Assembly: GCF_006345805.1 (NCBI RefSeq)
Contig: NC_043008.1
Location: 74,710,001 to 74,774,000, forward strand
Length of the DNA stretch: 64,000 nucleotides
Direction of reading: 5' to 3'
Origin: Octopus sinensis
Lineage: Eukaryota
Position 1 is the first letter of the stretch; every line of letters begins with the position of its first letter. Position numbers and translations under genes: made by a program. Of the stretch, positions 1-11,994 are shown in pieces. The notes under the pieces were generated by a model that was not told where the DNA came from, made no database searches, and saw only the letters and a program-made list of their open reading frames with translations.

Positions 1-33
1 TCATGCTATATGTTTAAAGAGTATGATGCAGTG

Positions 34-104
34 GTTCATAGTGGTGATATGCATTCAATATAAAAAATAGTTCATAGTGGTGATGTGCAGTCAATATAAA
101 AAAT
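34..104 (+). repeat. 36-bp tandem duplication
   Basis: gttcatagtggtgatRtgcaKtcaatataaaaaat at 34 and 70. Confidence 0.85.
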
Positions 105-229
105 TGATGTTCTTGAAAGAGCGAGGAATTCATTTTAGATTTTACCTTGAGCAACTGTGATGACTTTTGGTTGGTGTCCGCTGGACAGTTCTGGCGAACC
201 TTGTGAATTGTTTGGGTTTTATATCACCT

Positions 230-578
230 GTTAGGTGGCCAGTATAGTGGAACGTGACGTCATCAACGTTTTGACCAATCGTTTCGTTAGGTGGCTAGTC
301 AAGCAGAACGGGACGTCATCAATATTCTGACCAATCCCGACCTATAGCTGTATTAGATCTGCCCCTTGTCTTTATCCTGTTAGGTGGCTAGTCAAGCAGA
401 ACGGGACGTCACCAATATTCTGACCAATCCCGACCTATAGCTGTATTAGATCTGCCTCTTGTCTGTATCCTGTTAGGTGGCCAGTCCAGCGTAACGGGAC
501 GTCATCACTGTTTTGACCAATCATCCCGTTAGGTGGCCAGTCTAGCAGAACGAGACGTCATCAACGTGTTGACCAATC
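230..578 (+). repeat. Five-unit tandem array in the PLE 3' region; each unit GTTAGGTGGC...GACGTCA-N10-GACCAATC
   Basis: Units start at 230, 286, 379, 472, 528 (periods 56, 93, 93, 56). A full TGACGTCA lies at 255-262. Confidence 0.9.
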
Positions 579-767
579 CGAATCGGGTCTGACCCTTAGC
601 TGTATCGTATGTGGCCAGTCCATCAGGATTAGATCTGTTCGAAGAGATCTTTTTATAAATTTTTTTCCCTTTTCCCTAAGACATATTTCCGTCAGTGTGA
701 GTGACTGTTTAAGGTAGCGGCCGTGGTGGAATTTTGCTTCTCCTTTTCGGAGGACCAATCTTTTGTT

Positions 768-3355
768 TTAATATTCCTGGCCCAGGGTGTTTAAACTTGG
801 TCTAAATTTTTTGATGAAATACAGTTCTTTATTTTGGCGTTGCGTGAAGGTTGCGTTGTCACTGAATTTATAAAACGGGTAAGTTGTAAATTTCGGATTT
901 ACATTTCCAGCACAGCTATCTATGTGTCCGCTGACCGGTATTCAGGGTTTCTAATTTGTGATTTATGCACCGCCATCCTGTTACGTAAGCTATTTTTTGT
1001 ATGGCCTATATACTATATTTTTTGTATGGCCTATTGCAGCTTGCGCATGTTATGGCGTAAATTAAGTTTTCTGATGCGCAGGTGAAGTTTGCTCTAATGG
1101 TGAACTGGTGGCCTTGTTCTAGTATAAATTCTGAACCTTCTATCAAGATGACACAGATTCCGCAGTTGGGCCTTCCACATTTTCTAACTGCTGGTTTTGT
1201 GATTGATGTTGAGTGCAGTTTAGCTTGGGTTAAAATCCTTTTCAAGGATTTTGGTCGCCGTTTACTTTTAATGATGGTGTGTGTTTCGAGGATCCGGTTC
1301 ATCTTTGGGTCTCCCTTTAGTAGGGCTGTGCTTTGTAGTATGGTGCTGAAGGCCTCATTTGTTAAGTGGGTTGTGTGTAGAGATGTAGGGAGGGGTTTTT
1401 AATTGTTCTTTCTTTTTTGGTTTTGTTTGTCTCAGGTCTTCTATACTTAATTTGAGTGCCCTTTGGATTGCACTGTCTATTAGGGGCTGTGGATAGTTTC
1501 TATTTGTGAGTGTGGTTCTAAGTTCCTGGAGACGTGTGTGTCGGGTGTTTGTGTCTGATATTATGGTGTAGATCCTTCTAGCTAAACAAAAAGGGACATT
1601 TATTCTAGTGTGTCGTGGGTGGCATGAATCAAAGGGTAGGTATTGTTTGGAGTCTGTCGGTTTATAGTAGATATCTGTCTCTATTTTTTGGCCGGTTTTC
1701 TTAATGAGGATGTCTAAAATGGTAATTCTTTTTCGTTGTGATCCATCGTGAATTGTATATTATCATTTATTCCATTTAATAGTATTTTAAATTCCTCAAG
1801 TTTCTCTATACCTTTGTCCCAGATGATGAAACAGTCATCGAGGTATCTTTTCCAGTTGTTATGGATATAGGTGGCGAAGGTGTTTCCAAATTTCTCGAGT
1901 GTTATCTGGTAGAGTATTTTCTCGAGGTATCCCATCAATAGGTTGGCAAAAGATGGTGCAGTACGCGTGCCCATCGCTGTTCCCGATCTTTGTCTGTAGA
2001 AATTATTGTCAAAAGTAAAGTAATTGTTCTCTAAAATAAATCTAAGTCCTTCTATTATAAGGTCTTTGTTTATGCGAGTTGGGAGTTCAAAGGGGTAGTT
2101 ATTCAGCCAGAAGGTGATCGCTTCTATTCCTAGGTTGTGAGGGATGTTAGAATAAAGATTAACTACGTCGATGATACTAGAAGGGTTTTCTCATTGACTG
2201 TTTTAGGGAGGTGGTTGAGCATATCTATATCGTCTCTTACGTAGCTTTTGATGTGTTTTAGGAAAGGTTTAAGAAGTGTGTCTAAGAAGTTGCTGAGGCG
2301 GTGAGTCTCACATGCTGGCCCTGCTATTATCGGTCTAAGTTTAAGATCATTTGGTGAAGGGATTTTGATGAGTATATCGGTGGATGTTTTGCACGTTTCT
2401 CTAATTATTTGGCTTTTGTGTACTTTAGGGATACCATAGAACAAACTCGATTTGCATTTGAAGTTAGTGATGTATTCATACTCCTTGTCCGTGAGTCCTT
2501 CTCGGTATGTGTTGATTAATGTCCTAAGGTTATGCATTATTTTTTGCTGATTATACTGTTGGGCCCTTTCATAATACGTTTCATCTCTTAATAGGGATAG
2601 CACTAAATTTTTATAATCGTTTGTATTCATTATTACTATCGCGTTGCCCTTATCTGCCTCCTTAATTGTTATTGCTTTGTCTTCTCTTAGTTTGATGAGG
2701 TCGTTCCATTCTCTTTTGTTGAAGTTAGGGCTGTGTTTTTGTTTCTTGATGAATTGAAACGGGAAATTAGTTATGTAGTCACAATAGCGGTCTAAGGCTT
2801 TATTCTTTCCCTTGGTGGGGGTGTAATTGCTCTTGTTTCTAGCTATTGAATCCTCCTCTTTTTGTTTGTCTTGAAATTCCTCGGTGAGTCTTAATTTTCT
2901 GCAAAATTCCGAAATATCATCTTTCATTTCATAGTAATTAGAACGTTGTGGGGTTGGTGTAAATTTAAGTCCTTTGGAGAGTATGCTTATTTCGTTAGGT
3001 GTAAGTTCTTTGTTTGAGAGATTGATTATCTTAATTACCTGAGGTTTCTTTTGTTTGTCCTTTGCCATCGTGTGTCCCTGTTCCTGTGTGTAAGGTCTAA
3101 AAAATGGTTGGTGTAGTTATGTTCAAAACTACTATTTATCTGTCTCATGTTGTTATAATTGTCAGAGTGAGTTTGTGGTGCTCTGTTCTGGAGTGTGTTG
3201 TTGTACCTAGTGTTCCGTCTTAGTTCATCGGGTATATTGTGTTGGTAGTTGTTTCCTCCGTAGTGCATTTGTTGTTTGTTAGGTTTGTATGGTTGGTTCC
3301 TGGGGTGGATGTTTGGTAGTATCGTTTTAGTTTGGTTATGTGGATTGTATTTCAT
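768..3355 (-). mobile_element. Penelope-like retroelement (Neptune/Naiad-type architecture), decayed ORF: basic N-terminus, RT, CxxC-linked GIY-YIG endonuclease
   Basis: Minus-strand pieces: IINLSNKELTPNEISILSKGLKFTPTP, ITIKEADKGNAIVIM, LFYGIPKVHK, LRPIIAG, VS(F)DVVNLYSNIP (1-nt deletion ~2171), SGTAMGTRTAPSFANLLMG, RYLDDCFIIW, ELPF*DI (TAG at 1714), YYKPTDSKQYLPFDSCHP, CGRPNCGIC, FTCASENLIYAITCASC...IGHTKNSLRNRMAVHK...KELYFIKKFRPSLN, stop at 768-770. Further frameshifts near 3050, 1358, 1010 and ~935. Confidence 0.95.
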
Positions 3356-3364
3356 ATATATATA

Positions 3365-4624
3365 TCAGGTTGGTGCAAAAGTAATGTCCAATTTAAAGAT
3401 CTAAGGTAAAAATGAATAAGCCAATGGAAATATTTATTCCTTAACATACTCTCCATTGCTTTCAATGACCTCATTCCATCTTTCAACAACCTTATAAATG
3501 CCTTGCTTGTAAAATTCTGTAGATTTAGAACCAAAATATGAATCCAACTCATTTTCAATCTCTTTCTTGTTGTTAACCTAAGTCCATCAAAATGGTTCTG
3601 TAATCCTCGGAACAAATGGTAAGTAGAAGGAGGAAGGTCAGGAAAATATGGAGGATGAGGCAGTATTTCCCAACCAAGTTCTTCCAAGAGAGTTTTGGTT
3701 AGTCGATTTGTGTGAGGATGAGCATTACTGTGATGGAAGATGACACCCTTTCTGTTAACCAATGATGCTCGCTTTTGGCTCAGAACTGTTTTCAAATGAC
3801 GAAGTTGCTCACAGTAAAGATTAGCATTAATTGTCTGGTTGTTGTCCAACAGTTCATAATGGATTACTCCTTTAATATCCCACCTTACACTCAACATGAT
3901 CTTCTTTGGATGAAGTCCTGCTCTCGGTTGTTGAACTGGCCATCCTCCTCAACTGATCCAAGAATGGTGACGTTTAACATTATGGTAAAGAATTCACTTC
4001 TCATCACCTGTAACAAGCCTGTCTAAAAATGTTGCTTGAAAGTGTTGCGAAAGCAATGATTAAAACAAGTAGCATGCTGTTGTCGATTCTCTGGAGACAG
4101 CTTGTGAGGGACCCTTTTGCCAGCCACTGAAAATTTTTCCAATGTGTTTTAGCTGTACCACTGTTGGATGGGCCACGTTTAACTGTTCTGCAAGTTCCAT
4201 AGTGGTAATGGTAGGGTGCTCTGAAACAAGAGCTTCCAGAATTTCGGAAGCAAGTTTTTTTGGATGACCCTCTTTTGGCTGTTCTTTCAAAGTAAAATCA
4301 CCACTTCAGAAATGGGAAAAGCACCTCCTGCAACATCTTTCATTCACTACATCATTCCCATAAGTGCTCTGAATAGAATTTGCAGCCACACTTTCATTAA
4401 CACCTTTATGTAACTCAAAGAGTAAAACATTTCTTATGTGATCTTTAGGTGAGACAAGCATGGTGGTAAAATTTTCTAAGAATTATGGGCAGAAGTTAGA
4501 TAATCTGAAAGAAAATAGTACTAATTAGACACAGAGATGTCTTAAAACTATAAGAAGTGGTTAAAAAATTGACAAATTTGCTCTGAAACATTTTTCTAGA
4601 AATCAAATTTTACTTTTGCACCAA

Positions 4625-4629
<5 letters not shown>
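3365..4629 (-). mobile_element. Full-length mariner transposon (Hsmar1/cecropia-like TIR) with pseudogenised DD34D transposase
   Basis: TIRs TCAGGTTGGTGCAAAAGTA (3365) and TACTTTTGCACCAATCTGA (ends 4629), TA on both sides, length 1265 bp. Motifs MLSVRWDIKGVIHYELL, FHHSNAHPH (for FHHDNARPH), HPPYFPDLPPSTYHLF (for YSPDLAPSDYHLF); HTH remnant at 4060-4290. Confidence 0.95.
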
Positions 4630-4686
<57 letters not shown>

Positions 4687-5454
4687 GAGAGAGAGAGAGT
4701 TTTAAATAGATAGACATGTATGTATATATATATATATGTTTACATATACAGTGATTGCTACGTCTTCATAGATGAGTGCTGTCTCTGTGTACTTCTTTGT
4801 TGTCATTGATATTTTCGACTTTCTATCAATGATTTCTCGGATGACTATTCAATCCCATTTCAGGTCAGCATGGTGTGAAGCATAGGTGACAGACAAAAGT
4901 CGTAACTTACTGTATGCTTCCAACTGATTGACTCTGCACCTGTCACCACTCTTCCATCAGCATGAGAATTTCGGTAGATGGAACGACAAATGGAGTCCAT
5001 CATAAAGTCACATTTGTACATCACTGGATTATAATGATAAATGCTTGAACAACATGAGTACCACTCTCTGGGTCTCTGTGATCAGTATCTTATTATAGAC
5101 CAAAGCAAGATGACCATTAATCAATGTGAAACTGCTGATTTTGCATCAAAATGTCCCTCTCCTTGAAGGCTACTGTGACAACAGCTAGGGATCCCTCACT
5201 CAGTAGGTTTTCTTCATCCCCTGAGATAAACCAAGGGCATTTTTGCATCCACACATTCAGATGGAATGTCATTAAATTTGCTAATTAATCCATAGCTGAG
5301 ACTCTAAAAAGCGTTACTACTCTGAATCAGAGCAGATCTGGGAAGAATCGTGGCTAAGAGATAGTTCCACACTCTTTGAAACCTTGGAACTCCCAGACCA
5401 GAACTCCACTACCAGATGCTGTTTAAAGGCATACTTACGACATATATACATACA

Positions 5455-5601
5455 GGCATGACTCTACGTATGTACTAAGAATCTTGCTTCCCAACCATGT
5501 GGTCTTGTTGAAGTGTTTTCTAGTATAGCCCTGGGTCAACCAAGGCCTTGAGAGTGCATTTGGCAGATAGAAACTGAAAGACACCTGTCATCAATATATG
5601 T

Positions 5602-5638
<37 letters not shown>

Positions 5639-5811
5639 TGCGTTTGTGTTTGTCCCTCACCCCCACTCGATAATCTGTGTTCATTTACATCACTTCAATT
5701 TAGTTGTTCGACAAAATAGACTGATAGAATAAGTACTGGCACCAATTTGTTCATCTAAACCCTTCAAAGCAGTGCCCATGGTTGCAGACCAAAGACTGAA
5801 ACAAGTAAAAT
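5455..5811 (+). mobile_element. tRNA-derived SINE, family A, degenerate
   Basis: Shares cttgcttcccaacca head, gcatttggcagatagaaactgaaag, an internal (TG)n and gatagaataagtac...gactgaaacaagtaaaa tail with the copy at 41527. Confidence 0.75.
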
Positions 5812-5942
5812 ATATATATATATATGCCATGCGTAAAAACAACCTGCAGCCATTTCTATATCAAAAGGCCACCTGTTCTCATATTGTCCCATCCATCAAC
5901 CTCAAAATTTGTACACAAATGATAGACCATATTCTTGCGATA

Positions 5943-5979
<37 letters not shown>

Positions 5980-6497
5980 CTCTCTCTCTCTCTGAATCTA
6001 TCCTGATCTTTAGAAACATGAAACAATGTGCTTCATTACACCTGTGGTTCTCATCTCACGTCCATATGGCCCTTGGAAAGTTCTTATAGATTTTGCTGTT
6101 AAAATCTATATGCAATAAATTGATTATACTTCTATAATACAAAAAATATTTTAACAGTTTTGGACAATTTTTGTACGATTCCTAATAATATCTTATATAT
6201 GAATGGCAATTTCTGTCTGTCTGTTACCATCTTGCTGTCCTAACCAGGGAACCAATCGTTTTATGCATGTTGCACTAACATCCAGTTCAATTATAGGCTA
6301 ATTGGATTTCAATAGAAATCGATAATAGACCGACTATGAGGGTTGAGTTATTACATAATAAAATGAGTGGGGTGCAAAAGTGTTAGGTTCAAGGAAATGT
6401 GGCATGACAAGGGTGGCTGACACCAGGGAAGGGGAAAAGACAGGAAGAAATAGACACACATGGAATGTTAGAGACAGAGAGAATAACAGACAAGGAC

Positions 6498-6750
6498 ATC
6501 TTCCATATAAGTAAAATAGAGTTTGTGCGTGTGTGTGTGTGTGCGCGCGCGCATGTGTATCTTCCTTATGCATTCGAAAACTGAGTTGCCGATTTTGACG
6601 TATGGAGTATCAAAAGATTCGGTAATCTACGACTACCAAATAAACTTTATTTTCATTTACATATTTGCATTATAATCTTTTCGAAAAGTGAGCTGTCGTA
6701 AATATTTTTATACCACGATGATAACGACGACTACGTCACTGTATTTCCTC
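6498..6750 (+). mobile_element. Non-autonomous Helitron-like/HINE-type repeat, 5' part, copy 1
   Basis: TATA-AAA start, (TG)n, then ttatgcattcgaaaactgagttgccgattttgacgtatggagtatcaaaa; homologous to the reverse complements at 8555-8808 and 46520-46790. The Helitron class is inferred from architecture. Confidence 0.6.
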
Positions 6751-7674
6751 ATAATATTATAGAAAAATGGATGTTTTAGAATGCAATGTTTTTTGTTCTG
6801 GTTTATTTTAATACAATATTTATGTGTACAATTTCTTAAATGTTTGTCTGAGTAGGATGCTTCGTATGCGTGAAGCTTCGGACGAAAGTGAAACATTAGA
6901 AGCAAATCGAAATAATATGCGAATATGACCAGAAAACTGTGCGCCCTAACCTAGTTGCCGAGGTTATTTTAGTTGTAAAAAGCGTTGTTGAGTTTTTTAG
7001 TAGATAGATAATAAGCAGCTTTCTGTGTTATAATACATATGTGACTAATTTGGAGAAACATTACTTTCATTATTTACACATCATCACTCTCGTAATGCAA
7101 CACTTTGTAATTTTGGTTCAAATTGAAAGTGTGAAGCTATTTTCATTTTCTAATGAAACCTGGTCGTTGTAGAGAAGTGTATTTGGAATAACTACAGCTG
7201 GTTGTTGAGTTAACGTAGAAAATATGTAAATGAAAATAAAGTTTATTTGACACGTGTAATTGATTTGATTGTTCTGGTCTTAACATCAGTAGGTAAGAAT
7301 AGAAGTCATTTGACGACACCTTTTTGTTTGTAATTGGTTATCATGTTGCAGATTCAGTCCGTGGAATATTGAAATGATGCCCATCTTGTCCATTCCACAG
7401 AATAAAAGTATACCGAAGAACATGATAGGAGGGGCGAGTCTGTGAAGCACGTTTAAGGTTGTTATCTGGAACACGTATGAGAATATCATGATTCTCATGG
7501 GGATCACCAACCATAAGGATGGCTACTTCATTAGATGTAGGCTCATTAAAACAGCGTAAAATGTTCTTTATTATAGTTTATTATAGACGTAAGGAACGCA
7601 GAAACACTCTCATAGAAATGATAATATTGAAACAGTAAAATGTACACATACGAAGTTCAAGCGAAACGAAATGT

Positions 7675-7826
7675 TACTTTCTGTAACATAATTATACTAT
7701 AAAAAATGGGGAGTCACTGCTTTAGCAAAAGTTACTAAATGTAGTCAATATAGGTGCAAAACATACTTTCTGTAGCGTAGTTATGCCATAAAAAAATGGA
7801 AAGTCACCAATTTAGCAAAGTTACTA
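7675..7826 (+). repeat. Diverged ~90-bp tandem duplication
   Basis: tactttctgtaRcRtaRttat..cataaaaaatgg..agtcac...tttagcaaa.gttacta at ~7675 and ~7765. Confidence 0.7.
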
Positions 7827-8554
7827 TGCCTCACCAATGTAACAAAGTATAGACAGTCAATATTTTATTTGGAACACGTACTAAATGTTATAAAATTTAC
7901 GATTGAATATTACGGTGAAGAAAATCTAAGTCCAAGAAAATTCAGAAGGCATAATTCAATTTTTCATACAAAAATAATTTATTTTACAATTTTGAAATGA
8001 ACGTTGAACCAAGTGTATAGAAAAGAAGATGTTGTTGTTATTGTAACATTAATTTAAAATATTTGCTTGCTGAAGAATGTATATAGCAAGATATAAATTA
8101 ATCTGACATTACTACATATTTTTAACTGTGTAACGTTATAGGCTGTAGAATAAATACTGACTAACGCAATAAAAAGGTTGTGCGACGTTGATACTCACAG
8201 TGATGAAGAAGCTTGGGAGGACTGTTAAAAATTATCTTGAAACTGGTTAGAAGGGGTGGAATAACATTTCTGTAATTATACTGAAAGTTGAGGCTTTCTA
8301 CTTCGCCACGTTTCCGAATTTGTTATAATAACCAGATTAACACTTTTTTTCAAATATATTTGCGAGTACTGTGAGTGGTGTTAAATCAGCCAAATCTTCA
8401 TGTTGGTAGTACTTCAACGTGAACGCTGTCGTTCGTTTAAAGTCCAGGACACAACTAAACTTTCAATATCGGCGTGTTTCCCTGTTGGGCGGGAGAAATT
8501 TACATATATAAACTAAGACACACACACATACATTAACGCACACCTGAAGCTTAC

Positions 8555-8808
8555 ACACTTATACAGAAAATGTGACGTCATTGTCGCTGTGGTGGTGATA
8601 TAAAATGTCGTTTACAATAGGCGACTAAAAGAAAATGACAATGATGAATTTTTGTAATGCAAATATGTGAATGAAAATATAGTTTAGTTGGTAGCCTACT
8701 GAATATTTTGATACCCCATACGTCAAAATCAGCAACTCGGTTTCGGAATGCATAAGAAAAATACGCACGCACACACACATACAAGCTCTGTTTTATATAT
8801 TTATATAG
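8555..8808 (-). mobile_element. Non-autonomous Helitron-like repeat, copy 2, inverted relative to copy 1
   Basis: Reverse complement begins ctatataaatatataaaacagagcttgtatgtgtg...ttatgcattccgaaaccgagttgctgattttgacgtatggggtatcaaaa. Confidence 0.6.
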
Positions 8809-8988
8809 CACAAAGTAAGACAGGGGTTATGAATGTAACCCACTATGGGATATCAGTTATCCAATATACTGCTGGTAAAGTACCCAAATTCCTAATACAT
8901 AAATGCTTTTAATTGCAATGCAATTAATTCATTTATTGTATTAAATGGGTGAAGTTAAAAAATATTTTTACCGTAAATTCATAATACA

Positions 8989-9607
8989 AATAAGAAAATG
9001 GCGAAACAAATTCATTTCGTTCATCAACTTACGGCTATTACAATTTCACATCATTTATTAATTATATAAATGGGAACATCAAAATCAAACAAAACAATAT
9101 AAATCAACATGTAATATAATAATAACGATAATACAAATAAACCAGCTCCTTACAGCTGTTTTAGCCTATGGTCAAGAGTCAGTTCAATTTATATTGCCTA
9201 TAGATGTCAGTGTATTATGGTTTTAGGCATTAAAGATTATACTTGTATGTTAAAATAACCAAAGGCCTCGTCAGAGGATATAATTAATTTGAAAAGTATA
9301 ATAATAATATAGGTATACAAAACATGCTTCACTTATTATCCAATATAAACAAATAAATAATAAGACAAATATCCAAAATACACATATATATATATGTGTG
9401 TGTATATATATACATATATATATATATATATTGTATAGAGGGCATTATATATATATATATATATATATATAATTATATTGTATAGAGGGCATTATATATA
9501 TATATATATATATATGTTTATATATATATATATATATGTTTATGTATTAATATATATATATATATATACTATATATATATATATATATACATATAATACT
9601 ATATATC

Positions 9608-9658
<51 letters not shown>

Positions 9659-10054
9659 TATATTATATATATATATATATATATATATTATACATAAATA
9701 TATATACATAACATAAACATAGATATATACATAAATATATATATATATATATACATATAAAAATATACAAATATACATACATATACATACATAGGTAAAT
9801 CGTACATACTATTCACATGCGCAAAATACATGAAGAGCAACATTGAACAATATATTACATTGCATTGGGTATATTATGCGCCGTATAGTCAAATAAATGC
9901 ATTCTAATGTATGTATACTACCACGTTTAACAGTACCAACAGTATTATTGTTTTAACGATAATACTAAACAGAAGATACGCACTATATTCATGTATACTA
10001 ACAACAAAAATTCACGAAACAAGGTACGAAGTATAAATATTCACACATACACAC

Positions 10055-10087
<33 letters not shown>

Positions 10088-10686
10088 ACATATGCACAAA
10101 CAAAATATTTGCGTATGAATATATTAATCATACAAACATAATCCAGATATTACTTAACGCATCCACGTAACACGAACATGTTTAATTAGCATCCAAAATA
10201 TTCAATCCGAATTATATGTCCAAGCTGGGTTAGGTCCACAAAATACAAGTCTCCGTTATATGCATATTGGATTTCACAATGTTTACATTACTGTTATATG
10301 GATATTAAAATTAATACATCCACGTAATCAAAGAAATTAAATTTTAAAACCCGAGTAGCAACTTAAACTCCATGTCAAAGTTCAATTTAGTCCAAAAGGT
10401 TTGCGTTTATGTTTATGCTTATTAATATTTATATTGGGGGTTAGGGGGTAGTCATATAAATCATTGGCTATTTAACTTATGCATATTAAATATTTAAAAA
10501 TATATTTGGGTTTAGGGAGCGGTCACTTAAATTCATGATCTATTTCCAATTGGCTAATTCGTTTAATGTTGATTTATATTGTTTTGTTTGATTTTGATGT
10601 TCCTATTTGTATAATTAATAAATGATGTGAAATTGTAATATCCGTAAGTTGATGAACGAAATGAATTTGTTTCTCCATTTTCTTAT

Positions 10687-10687
<1 letters not shown>
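8989..10687. repeat. 122-bp inverted repeat pair (8989-9110 and 10566-10687), probably a PLE pLTR plus inverted partial pLTR
   Basis: 4 mismatches in 122 nt by manual alignment. The left arm lies 36 nt downstream of the minus-strand hammerhead. Confidence 0.85.
9147..9278 (-). ncRNA. Type I hammerhead ribozyme motif with 85-nt loop II; G12A substitution, probably inactive copy
   Basis: Minus strand: TCCT-CTGACGA-GGCCTTTGGT-[85 nt]-ACCATAGGCT-AAAA-C-AGCT-GT-A-AGGA. Stem I 4 bp, stem II 9 of 10 pairs, palindromic stem III ACAGCTGT, GUA triplet. Confidence 0.7.
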
Positions 10688-10734
<47 letters not shown>

Positions 10735-10745
10735 ATATATATATA

Positions 10746-10780
<35 letters not shown>

Positions 10781-11098
10781 ATATATATATATATATATAT
10801 AGGATATATATATTATATATATATAGGATATATATATATTATATATATATATGTATATAAGGATATATATAAACTGACGCTGTGTAAGATCAAGGCCTAC
10901 TAAAAAAGCCTCTCGTCCGCATCTCCACGCAAGCTGCAATGGCTTTTGTGAGCACGTGGTTTGTACAATTTTTCGCGGGTAGGAAGGAGGCAGGACATTT
11001 GATCGTTGTATCTTATAACCATATTTTGCTTATAAAAATTACATATTGTAGTTAACATCTGTTACTAGGTTGTTCTAAATTCATGGAAATATTGCTTG

Positions 11099-11130
<32 letters not shown>

Positions 11131-11132
<2 letters not shown>

Positions 11133-11994
11133 TGGGCTGGGTAGGTATGCTTTCTTTGCACATGGTTGCAACGACTGGCTACTGGCACTGCTACCAGAAG
11201 ATTACCTGTGTTTCCCACGGGAAGAGCCAGCCTTTATCCTCTCCTCAACTGGATGGCATGCGCTAGGTGTTTCCTCATGAAATGCAACTTCAAGTTGTAG
11301 AGGTTCGCCGCTTGTCCCTTGATGGTGGTGTCCTTGGGCTGGCACATGACACACCAGAAGTAGATGATTTTGGCCTCCCTCTTATCCCTTGATGTAAGGA
11401 CAAAGTAGTCCTCCAGGTGAGGCCATGGGTTCTGAGACACCTCTATCTCACCCTCTGCCTCACCCACAGCCGTTGCAGGCCTTTCATCCTCAACAAGCCC
11501 TTCATCTTCAGGTCGAACAAAACGTTTTCACTTTCCATAACGATAATTGATAACTTGATAAACTGATAACCTACACTGCTGTCGCTGAGGTGGTAAGACT
11601 GTCTGTAATGTGACAACGTCGTAAGTGAACACAACTCAAAACTGCAGAATTATACAATGTTGCTCAGCTAGCTGCTGCTGCATCGACCAATCACGACTTG
11701 TCATGTGTACACATAGTCAGCCAATAATGTGCCTGACGAACTTTCGTGACATACCCACAACAGACAGCAGACTTAAAGTTAGTGGAACCAAATTTAGCGA
11801 ATGCTATTTGCTCCACTAACGGTTTCCAAAGTTAGAGAAAACACATATCTGCTAAACAAAAAGCCAGCTTTGCTAAGTAGCTGTTAGCGGATTAGCAGAA
11901 CCATACCAACCTCTGCAACAAGCAAAGCAACTACAAAATCTCTGAAAGCGATGAACGCAGTAACTGTACTGGCAAGTAATGTTTGTTGCCACTG
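11131..11994 (-). mobile_element. hAT DNA transposon 5' fragment with BED zinc finger
   Basis: PWPHLEDYF...FWCVMCQPK...NLKLHFMRKH fits the BED pattern, preceded by an acidic N-terminus (MESENV...EDEGLVEDE, frameshifted). Putative terminus CAGTGGCAACAAACATTAC ends at 11994; truncated at a (TA)n tract. Confidence 0.75.

Noticed and set aside
1355-1357. In-frame TGA in the first PLE as possible selenocysteine, as reported for Naiad elements
   Set aside because: It is not at a Cys position, and homology continues in another frame (NEAFSTIL), so it results from a 1-nt insertion.
4750-5440. Microsatellite-free segment that looks like old coding or LINE sequence
   Set aside because: No frame on either strand gave a recognisable motif.
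6185-6330. tcttatatatgaatggcaatttctgtctgtctg as another Helitron-like 5' end
   Set aside because: Single short resemblance with no matching 3' hairpin or second copy in the window.
9014-9030. TTGATGA-AC-GAAA ultra-short hammerhead-like string within the 122-bp inverted repeat
   Set aside because: No stem II and no stem I complementarity.
10870-10990. CpG-rich patch with a possible hAT C-terminal ERLFS-like motif on the minus strand
   Set aside because: It needs several frameshifts and is too short to support.
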